IMG/VR virus record: IMGVR_UViG_3300016467_000450
Span: 1 to 41,319 of that record
Origin: a virus
Lineage: Duplodnaviria > Caudoviricetes
Strand: one strand, 5' to 3'
DNA: 41,319 bases
Under the pieces are notes generated by a model that saw nothing but the letters and a program-made list of their open reading frames with translations, did not search any database and was not told where the DNA came from. Positions 34,472-41,319 of the stretch are shown here, piece by piece. The translations under genes were made by a program, and so were the position numbers. Every line of letters starts with the position of its first letter. Positions within the stretch are counted from its first letter, which is position 1.

Positions 34472-35086
34472 TTATTGCGTCTTGTTGAGGTGGAGACGTG
34501 CCAACTCCAAAAGCGACATGCCTTTGGCTGAAGGCGCTACTGACTGAGCCGGAGCTTGCGGCTTCGGTTCTTCAGATTTCGGTGCGGCCTGCGTTTCGCG
34601 AATGGCCGCATTGATTGCTGCCGCATACCCATCATCTTCAATGCTTGATTTTACAGTTGACGATGCTGCGGGCTTTGCGGGTTGTGTACTTTTCTTGACG
34701 ATGCCGCTATCGAGCGGGACTGTGGGCTTTGTGGTTGTCACTCGCGCAGAACGGAAGTTCTCGTTCTGCGTGGCGAAGTAGCGATCCATCTCCTCGCGGA
34801 GCAAATTGCGATCAACAAAGTACAGAGCTTTGCCTGCTTTTTGTTCTTCTGCTCGCAGACCCAGCGCGGGGCAGTCGCCGCTACGGATGCCCTTGTCGCA
34901 ATCTGCGTAAGACTTCAGTTCGCCATCACGTTCGAAGGCGGCGATCTTGTGCAGGCAGACGCAGTAGCCAGGCGAGTAACCCACGACACGGCACGAAACC
35001 GTGTAGGTGTTGATGCCGCCCATCGACTGTTCTGGCGGGTATTCGGGTTGACGGGCGAGAACCGCCTGTGTGATCTGGTCGTTCAT
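34472..35086 (-). CDS. Hypothetical Cys-rich protein
   Basis: C......Y CVC ... C ... CPA...R.EE..AG.ALYF; AGGAG SD. Confidence 0.75.
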   Translation of the reverse strand: MNDQITQAVLARQPEYPPEQSMGGINTYTVSCRVVGYSPGYCVCLHKIAAFERDGELKSYADCDKGIRSGDCPALGLRAEEQKAGKALYFVDRNLLREEMDRYFATQNENFRSARVTTTKPTVPLDSGIVKKSTQPAKPAASSTVKSSIEDDGYAAAINAAIRETQAAPKSEEPKPQAPAQSVAPSAKGMSLLELARLHLNKTQ

Positions 35087-35093
35087 GATGCTC

Positions 35094-35306
35094 CTACCAT
35101 GTGCCCCAATCGGGACGCTTTTCGAAAAACTGCTTCTGTGCCGCGACTTGATTCAGCACTGACATAAGTCTAAAGCGCGAATGCAGGACTTCGGTGCGAT
35201 CCTGCGCAATCGCCATCAAGGTTCCCTGCACCTGTCTGATCATGTGCAGGCGAATGTCCTCCTGCAACTTCGGCGACAGCCGTTGGAAGACCTCTTGATA
35301 GCTCAC
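35094..35306 (-). CDS. Hypothetical protein ending ...PDWGTW
   Basis: GTGA-coupled to the WGR gene. Confidence 0.7.
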   Translation of the reverse strand: MSYQEVFQRLSPKLQEDIRLHMIRQVQGTLMAIAQDRTEVLHSRFRLMSVLNQVAAQKQFFEKRPDWGTW

Positions 35307-35758
35307 CAGCTACCCCACTCTTCGCCGCGCTCGGGTTCAGGGGCCGGCTCCTCGATCACCACATCATCTTGATCAGAGTCGTCCGCAACAACCTCATCGT
35401 CTCGAAGGCAGAGATTGCTTGCGATGATGTTGGCGTGATCGCTGCGATAGTGAACACCCAGGCGTCGCTTCATCTCCGTCGCATCGAGATCATCGGTTGC
35501 CAGCCCATGAAAGCCTGACGTTGACTTCGCCAATGCGTAGCCTCGCCCTTCTTTCGAGCGAATGATCTTGTCCGCTTCTTGCTGCGCCTTGCGCAAGGTT
35601 GGATAGCTGTCGATCTTGACTTCGCCACTCTTGCCCATTGGCCCCCAACGCTTGACGACAACGAAACGCTTTTCATCAAGGTTGTGGAATTGAATTACTT
35701 CATAGAACTTAGTCCCACCTTCGTGGGCCAAGTATCGTGGTTCAATATGGATTGACAT
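35303..35758 (-). CDS. WGR-domain protein ending ...EEWGSW
   Basis: KFYEV...VVKRWGPMG..G...A......K...GY WGR pattern. Confidence 0.8.
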   Translation of the reverse strand: MSIHIEPRYLAHEGGTKFYEVIQFHNLDEKRFVVVKRWGPMGKSGEVKIDSYPTLRKAQQEADKIIRSKEGRGYALAKSTSGFHGLATDDLDATEMKRRLGVHYRSDHANIIASNLCLRDDEVVADDSDQDDVVIEEPAPEPERGEEWGSW

Positions 35759-35829
35759 TCGTACCTCAGATAAACAGAACTGACAAAATCATAGTTTTCA
35801 CATAGCGGGCTTACCAGACTGGCTCGCAA

Positions 35830-36909
35830 TTACGCCTGATGCTTCAGTTTGAGCTTGGCGGCGGTCGCGGGTGAAATCGGTTCGGCCTTCCAGTAGGCGT
35901 TGCGAACCACGCTGGCGGGAACTTCGTTCGGGTCTTTGTCTTTGGGCAGAATGGCAACCCTGGCGACCAGACCGATCTTGCGGACTTCCAGTGCGGCGTC
36001 CACAGCGTCACGGATTGCTCGGTTCTCGCCGTCCCACATAAACGTGACGATCTTCAGCCCCTGCTCTTTCAGCTTCATCAGCTTGGCAAGTTGACTGTCC
36101 TCGTCGCCGCTTGACAGGTGCTTGCCGAAGGAGCCGACAGGCACAACTTCGCGGAGGTCCGAGTCTTCGTCGAAGGCGATCTTGGCCGCCGCAACGTCGA
36201 AGACGCCTTCACAGATGACAATGGATTCGGCACCGATCGCGTTCTGACCATTGAACAGAAACGCGCCTGTAGATGCGTAGCCAGGGGGGAACAGGTACTT
36301 CTTGTCAGCCGTACCCGTAATGTCCCGACCCTGGAAGCTCACAAGCTCGCCCTGCATGTCGAAGATCGGAATGATGATGCGGCTCGAATAGTCCTGGAAC
36401 CGTCGTTGCCCCTCATCCTCATACGCGAAGCCTCCGCGCAGGCAGAAGCGCAGATGGAAGTATTTGGCGATCGCAGCATTGATGCCGCGATTGTCCAGAT
36501 ACTTGATGTTGCGACCGTTGTGAGGCAGTTCGATGGACTCAGGGAGCTTGAGTTCGCCGGTCATCTTCACTGGGGCCGTATCTCGCCGAGCGGGACGCCA
36601 GCCCTGCTCTGCCGCAACGTGCTTGACATGCTCCACTACATCACGAGTGGATACGCTTCCGAGCGATGCGCGAATGAAGCTCCAGCGGTTGAACTTCTTC
36701 TCGCAGTCGCCCGAGAAACAGTTGCCAAGTCCCGTCTCGGCGTTCAGGTAGACCTTCCAGTTGGAATTGCCGCAGCAGGGACACTCTTTGATGTTGAGTT
36801 GCAAGCCACGCGAGCCGCGAGTGCGCTTGTAATCGACGCCCTGGCGATCAAGCCAGGCTTCCATGTCGATCTGCTCAAGGGCTTCTTGAAGCTCCTCGTT
36901 GCGGCTCAT
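35830..36909 (-). CDS. dnaG: DNA primase (Zn finger plus TOPRIM)
   Basis: CPCC...C...C, YL..RGI, IIIPI, QGR, KY, ICEGVFD, WD.E, KDPNE. Confidence 0.9.
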   Translation of the reverse strand: MSRNEELQEALEQIDMEAWLDRQGVDYKRTRGSRGLQLNIKECPCCGNSNWKVYLNAETGLGNCFSGDCEKKFNRWSFIRASLGSVSTRDVVEHVKHVAAEQGWRPARRDTAPVKMTGELKLPESIELPHNGRNIKYLDNRGINAAIAKYFHLRFCLRGGFAYEDEGQRRFQDYSSRIIIPIFDMQGELVSFQGRDITGTADKKYLFPPGYASTGAFLFNGQNAIGAESIVICEGVFDVAAAKIAFDEDSDLREVVPVGSFGKHLSSGDEDSQLAKLMKLKEQGLKIVTFMWDGENRAIRDAVDAALEVRKIGLVARVAILPKDKDPNEVPASVVRNAYWKAEPISPATAAKLKLKHQA

Positions 36910-38324
36910 TACTCGATCCTCAGAATCGACTCCATGAACTTCATCTTGGCCAAGTCTTGCTTGATGAAGATCGTGAATCCGGATTCCTGGTTACGCGATG
37001 CCGCGAAGTAGAGTCGAGCCTCGCCCTTTGAACGCTCCTCGTCGGTGACGTTGATGGAGATCATCAGGTCAACAGTACGCACCTTGTTGAAGTCTTCAGC
37101 CACATGCTCCGCTTTCGCGACAGTGGACTTGTAGCCCTCACGGTTCGTCTGCGTGGCCGTCAGCATCGCCACGTCTTCTTCGAACGCGATAGCTCGGAGA
37201 TCGACGTAGACGCTCTTGGAGTTCTCGATGGGGTCGTTGTAGCGGAAGTTTGGTGCCATGATGTCGGCGTAGTCCACCACCACCAGATCGAACTTCTGAC
37301 CCGTAGCCGAATACCGCTTGAGCAGCCGGCGCAGCATGTTCGGCGTGAACGTGCCGCTGGGGTACTCATGAATCTTCAGCTTGCCGGCCTTCGCACCCAG
37401 CGCGGCAATCTTCGACTCCACGTCATGAATGTGTTTCTCAAGCTCCTTGATCATCGTGTCCGACATGGAGGCATCGAGACGCTGCGCGATGATGTCGGCA
37501 GACACTTCGAGGGTGACGTACAGGACGTTGAAGCCCTTAAGCGACGCCGCTTTGGCGAACCCGATAAGGGCCGTGGTCTTACCGGACTTCGCACCGCCCA
37601 TGATGGATACGAGTTCGCGGCGACCCCAGCCCTTATGGAACAAAATCTCGTCCATCTTCAGGTTGCCGGTCGTGATGCCGCGAGGCGGCTTCATGCCTGA
37701 AGCTGCGTCGATACGGTTGGCGGTACGATCCTTGATCTTGTCGAAGTAGTCGTAAGCCGTACCATCCTCGTTGATGCCGATCTGAATGGCGGCCTTGATC
37801 TCCTCCTCGATCTTGTCGAACTTCTTCTTTTCGATCAGATCAACGGACTTGAGGACGGCAAGGCTGACCGCTTGGTGCCGAGCGAACTCTACAACCTTAT
37901 CCTCGACGTATTCGCGATCGCCAGGGCCAACGTCACGCACCCGCTTGAACGCTTCGGCAACCAGCTTCGCCGAGTCCTTGCGGATAATGCCGGCCGTGAT
38001 CTCGTCTTTGATCTTCTGAAACAGAACGGGGCCACCTGGGGCCTCGCCGTACCGCTTGAAGTGGTTGAGCGCCAGATTGACAAGACTGGCTTCACCAATC
38101 TCCTCGAAGAACTCTGGCTTGAGAACATGCGACGTGCGCCGCATGAACTCCGTGTCGCTCACGGCAAGGGCCGCGATGCGAGTTTGGAACTGGTCGTCAA
38201 ATGGAAACTTAGCCGTGTCTTCCGATTCCGATGCTGCGACGACGGCATGAGAGCCGCCCTCGAAGGAGGCTCCAACCATCGCTGCAACGGAGTCTTCGGC
38301 GGCCGTCAGTGCTGCGTCCGCCAT
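36909..38324 (-). CDS. dnaB: Replicative DnaB/gp41-like helicase
   Basis: GGAKSGKT, VTLE, VVVDYAD, TATQ.NR.G, AE.F.K. Confidence 0.92.
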   Translation of the reverse strand: MADAALTAAEDSVAAMVGASFEGGSHAVVAASESEDTAKFPFDDQFQTRIAALAVSDTEFMRRTSHVLKPEFFEEIGEASLVNLALNHFKRYGEAPGGPVLFQKIKDEITAGIIRKDSAKLVAEAFKRVRDVGPGDREYVEDKVVEFARHQAVSLAVLKSVDLIEKKKFDKIEEEIKAAIQIGINEDGTAYDYFDKIKDRTANRIDAASGMKPPRGITTGNLKMDEILFHKGWGRRELVSIMGGAKSGKTTALIGFAKAASLKGFNVLYVTLEVSADIIAQRLDASMSDTMIKELEKHIHDVESKIAALGAKAGKLKIHEYPSGTFTPNMLRRLLKRYSATGQKFDLVVVDYADIMAPNFRYNDPIENSKSVYVDLRAIAFEEDVAMLTATQTNREGYKSTVAKAEHVAEDFNKVRTVDLMISINVTDEERSKGEARLYFAASRNQESGFTIFIKQDLAKMKFMESILRIE

Positions 38325-38329
38325 ACGGT

Positions 38330-38647
38330 TCAGTCAGCGCCCTTGCCAGGGGTGTAGAACAGGGTGATCGAGTGCTTGAAGATGACGTACACCTGATACG
38401 CGCCGTCGCCTTTCTCTGCTTCCTTGCTCACCTTGAGAGAGATCGTGTACTTGTCGGAATGCTTGATGGTGCCGGTCAGGGAACTGCCGTCATTCATCTC
38501 CACGATGACGGTTGCGCCCGATGCCTCCAAAGCCTTCAGGAATGCTTCGTGCCCTTTGGGTTGCGCGGCTTTCGGAGCGCGCTTGGGAGCGTGCTGTGCG
38601 CCGTCGGCGTGGCTGGAGGGGAAACGGGGGCGATCGCTTGGGAACAT
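38330..38647 (-). CDS. hfq: Hfq/Sm-like RNA-binding protein
   Basis: Gapless match to Hfq Sm1 (FL.AL...V......G..L.G.I...D.Y.I.LK) and Sm2 IFKHSI. Confidence 0.8.
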   Translation of the reverse strand: MFPSDRPRFPSSHADGAQHAPKRAPKAAQPKGHEAFLKALEASGATVIVEMNDGSSLTGTIKHSDKYTISLKVSKEAEKGDGAYQVYVIFKHSITLFYTPGKGAD

Positions 38648-38688
38648 ACTGTTCTCTCCTTGTTGTTGAAAGTGAAACTTGAACCGTG

Positions 38689-38707
38689 ATTATAGTCAGC
38701 GATGACT
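38689..38707 (-). promoter_or_regulatory. Promoter of hfq-helicase-primase with operator overlapping TATAAT
   Basis: attata at 38689-38694; AGTCA-gcga-TGACT at 38694-38707. Confidence 0.65.
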
Positions 38708-38712
38708 TAATC

Positions 38713-39435
38713 TCATGCGCTTAAAGACACTGCCTCTTCGACGACCCGCTCGCCGAATTCGGTCAGTGCCGTCTCGATGCGGATTGCATCCTCCACATAC
38801 AGCGCCGAGTTCAGCCCGTAGCGCGGCTGGGGGCGCTGTTTGATGGCCTGGACGATGAACTGCTCGTAGGCGATCTGATCAGCGTGGCCGAAGAAGCTGC
38901 GAACCTTGTACCGATCGTCCTTGCAGAACTGAATGCGAGCGGCGCACTCTTCTTCCCAGGCAAGCATGATGTCGGACACCATGTCGGGGTTCGAGGCAAG
39001 TTGACTCGGACGCGGCGGCTGTCTCCAGCCGTTCTCGATGCACCAGTCCATCGCCTTTCGCAGATAGAAGTCGTAGCGGATGCCCAGCTTGTCGATCGAC
39101 TGGCGCAGTCGCCAAAACGACAATGCTTCTTTCGTCTGCATGAAGTCCATACCCTTGAAGCCCTTGTGGTACAGGCCCATTTGGGAATCCTTCATGACAG
39201 CAATCGCGTTGCCGTAGGCTTTCGCGTAGCAGCTTGCGAGGAAGTACGTGGCCTTTGTGGGGTGCATGCGGCGGTAGTCGAACCACTTCGTCCGCATCAA
39301 CTCGGCCTCTTTCTTCAGAAGAGTGGCCGGCACATGCTGGATCGCCAGCACTTCAGCGTGCAGGAAGGTAAGGTCGTGCCCGTAGAAATACCCGAGCCAT
39401 TGAGCCGGCTCGGGTGTCTTGTTGTCTTGCTTCAT
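38713..39435 (-). CDS. Conserved phage hypothetical protein
   Basis: KWFDYR.MHP..AT..F and P.P.QL motifs; start uncertain (ATG 39435 or GTG 39456). Confidence 0.8.
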   Translation of the reverse strand: MKQDNKTPEPAQWLGYFYGHDLTFLHAEVLAIQHVPATLLKKEAELMRTKWFDYRRMHPTKATYFLASCYAKAYGNAIAVMKDSQMGLYHKGFKGMDFMQTKEALSFWRLRQSIDKLGIRYDFYLRKAMDWCIENGWRQPPRPSQLASNPDMVSDIMLAWEEECAARIQFCKDDRYKVRSFFGHADQIAYEQFIVQAIKQRPQPRYGLNSALYVEDAIRIETALTEFGERVVEEAVSLSA

Positions 39436-39447
39436 CCAATACAGATC

Positions 39448-39468
39448 AGTCGTCACTGACTGATTGTA
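39448..39468 (-). promoter_or_regulatory. -10 box TACAAT followed by operator
   Basis: agtcg-tcac-tgact at 39448-39461; attgta at 39463-39468. Confidence 0.55.
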
Positions 39469-39485
39469 GTGTGGATTTCGCTAGA

Positions 39486-40265
39486 TCATGCGGATCGCAC
39501 TGACCCCACTGTCGGCTGTTCAATGACTGGTTCGTCATAGGCGGCAACGATCTCGGCAGCAAGGCCCGAGCGCACCACATCGCCTTTATTGAACTTGACG
39601 TGCTTGACAGCGGGAATGAACGACAGGCGCTTGATGGCGTCTTCCAGACCCGAGTGGCCAGGAATGTCCTTCTGACTCATATCGCCGTTGACGATCACTT
39701 TGCAGTTCTGGCCGATCCGCGTCAGGAACATCTTCATCTGCAATGGCGAGGTGTTCTGCGCCTCGTCGAGAATCACGTAGGCATTCTTGAAGGTTCGACC
39801 GCGCATGTAGGCAAGTGGCGCAGCTTCAATGCGGCCCATCTTGATCAGGTACTCAACGAAGGATTTGCCCAGGCGTTCGTTGAGAACGTCACGGAAGGGC
39901 TGGAGGAAGGGGTCGAACTTTTCTTCGAGTTCGCCTGGCAGGAAGCCGAGAGATTCGCCAGCTTCGACGGCCGGCCGCGTGATGATGATCTTGTCGATGA
40001 TGCCTTCGGTCAGAGCCTGCGCGGCAAGTGCGCCGCAAATCCAAGTCTTGCCGGTGCCCGCTGGGCCTGTTGCGAACGTGAGTTCAAAGGTCTTGATGGC
40101 GGCGATGTATCGCTTCTGGGATTCATTGAGTGCCGTGATTGGCGCTCGATCGACCTTTTCAGTTCGTCGCGGCGCATCAAACACCGCATCTTGTTCCGCT
40201 GCTTCGGTCGCCCGCCCTGCTCTTTTGCGTTTTGTTTGCGCAGGTTGGGGTTTTTGTCGTGCCAT
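39486..40265 (-). CDS. phoH: PhoH-family ATPase
   Basis: GPAGTGKT, TRPAVEAGESLGFLPG, LAYMRGRTF, DEAQN, FLTRIG, GD..Q.D. Confidence 0.95.
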   Translation of the reverse strand: MARQKPQPAQTKRKRAGRATEAAEQDAVFDAPRRTEKVDRAPITALNESQKRYIAAIKTFELTFATGPAGTGKTWICGALAAQALTEGIIDKIIITRPAVEAGESLGFLPGELEEKFDPFLQPFRDVLNERLGKSFVEYLIKMGRIEAAPLAYMRGRTFKNAYVILDEAQNTSPLQMKMFLTRIGQNCKVIVNGDMSQKDIPGHSGLEDAIKRLSFIPAVKHVKFNKGDVVRSGLAAEIVAAYDEPVIEQPTVGSVRSA

Positions 40266-40295
40266 CTAATGTGCCCCTTAAGTTACAACGCCACC

Positions 40296-40319
40296 ACTAT
40301 ACCTCAGTCAGTGGTGACG
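40296..40319 (-). promoter_or_regulatory. phoH promoter region with operator
   Basis: AGTCA-gtgg-TGACG at 40306-40319; TATAGT on the minus strand at 40296-40301. Confidence 0.55.
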
Positions 40320-40332
40320 TACCATATAAGAG

Positions 40333-41319
40333 TTACACAGTGATGGTCTTGGGCACTGCCGTGTCGATCTCCGATGGGTTGCGGTAGTAGAACTTACCGC
40401 CAGAGACAGCGAAGTCCGTAACGCTCACGTAGTCGAAGTTGGTCGCCTTGGTTTCCGTATCCACGTTGACCATGACGAAGCCGTTGTGCCAGCGTTCGCC
40501 CTCGCAGTAGCTTGCGCTGCGCTTGTGCCCCGCGCCGAGCTGATGCCACTCGTATGCGCCGTAGATCGGATTGAATTCCGACCAGACTTGATGGCGGTGA
40601 TGATGGCCGTTCACGCCTGGCAGGCCCATGTTCCTTGCGTGAGGGAAGTGATGGATCAGAACGGTATCGAAGTAGATTTTGTAGTTGGACGCCAACTCGC
40701 GTTCGAAGTCCCGCTTGGTGAACGCCGCAAGGTCAGCTTTGGCGATGTAGTTGATCTCGTAGCGATCCAGGCCGAGCAGCTTCGAGATGGTGAACCCGTG
40801 CAGATCGGACAGAACGGCGCGCAGGGCCGGCGTGGCGTCCGCAAGCTGGCGCAACATGCGAGCCTCGTGGTTGCCCTCGATGAAGTCGATCTGGGTGTTA
40901 GGGCAAGCCTCGCGCAGCGGCTGAAGGATTTGTTCGTGAGCGAACTTGATGCGGCCCACCACGTTCCACTCACGCGGATCGACGCTGTACTTGCCGAACT
41001 CGGGAAGGTCGAAGATGTCGCCGGCCAGCACGATCACGTCAGGCTGGGTGCGCTTGGCCGTGTCGATCAGCACCCGCAGGTAGAACAGGTCGATCTCCAC
41101 GTCATGAAGATCGGAGCAGACCAGCATGGTCTTGAAGCGGTTGCCATTCTCGCGGACGTACTTGTCGGCCCAGTCTTGGCGCTCAATGTTGATTCGACGG
41201 TAGTGGTCAACAGAAGCATGCTTGGCGATAGCCCGCTCGTGAGCATGCTGTTGGCGAGAGAGCTTGATGCCGGCCTGGCGCTTGAACTCTTCGAAGGTGC
41301 CGAAGTAGCGGTTCCAGGT
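40333..41319 (-). CDS. Calcineurin-like metallophosphoesterase, 5' end outside the window
   Basis: SDLH, AGDIFD, GNHE, GHHH; frame stays open to 41319 (TWNRYFGTFEEFKRQAG...). Confidence 0.88.
   Translation of the reverse strand, partial: TWNRYFGTFEEFKRQAGIKLSRQQHAHERAIAKHASVDHYRRINIERQDWADKYVRENGNRFKTMLVCSDLHDVEIDLFYLRVLIDTAKRTQPDVIVLAGDIFDLPEFGKYSVDPREWNVVGRIKFAHEQILQPLREACPNTQIDFIEGNHEARMLRQLADATPALRAVLSDLHGFTISKLLGLDRYEINYIAKADLAAFTKRDFERELASNYKIYFDTVLIHHFPHARNMGLPGVNGHHHRHQVWSEFNPIYGAYEWHQLGAGHKRSASYCEGERWHNGFVMVNVDTETKATNFDYVSVTDFAVSGGKFYYRNPSEIDTAVPKTITV

Larger units (their letters stand above)
1..41319. mobile_element. Early/replication region of a large temperate phage or phage-plasmid (SSU5/pHCM2-like gene content)
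   Basis: Dense co-oriented genes: DnaE, primase, helicase, ATP ligase, SSB, RecA, SbcCD, CobS/T, RNR, ThyX, PhoH, tRNA array, integrase with attP. No host housekeeping operons. Confidence 0.9.

Noticed and set aside
1542-40319. GTCA-N4-TGAC repeats as CRISPR, iterons or REP elements
   Set aside because: They are dispersed single copies with variable centres at promoters, not arrayed; no cas or rep gene is nearby.

Overview
The whole 41.3-kb window is the early (replication, recombination, nucleotide-metabolism) arm of a large GC-rich temperate phage or phage-plasmid. The gene set resembles SSU5/pHCM2-type elements (judged from gene content, no search run). Almost all genes are on the minus strand. 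In transcription order they encode a metallophosphoesterase, PhoH, an Hfq-like protein, DnaB helicase, primase, WGR protein, ATP-dependent ligase, guanylate kinase, a P4-type integrase with an intact attP (tRNA 3' core), CobT/CobS-like VWA/AAA+ pair, sigma-like factor, DnaE with a C-terminal UDG-like domain, UvsY-like, SSB, 5'-3' exonuclease, RecA, SleB-like hydrolase, SbcD/SbcC, RuvC-like, class II RNR, seven tRNAs, ThyX, MazG-like, a P-loop kinase and Nmad5. Only an Xre-type repressor and AlpA lie on the plus strand. No virion structural genes are present. Features the annotation does not explain: (1) about 19 copies of a GTCA-N4-TGAC palindrome on promoters and gene junctions; (2) six unrelated proteins sharing a C-terminal (W/F)G(S/T)W or (D/E)(T/A)W tail; (3) a phage Hfq that keeps proximal-face residues but has lost distal and rim residues; (4) a degenerate UDG domain fused to DnaE; (5) an 86-nt non-tRNA structured RNA candidate inside the tRNA operon. 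All functional calls come from motif recognition by eye.
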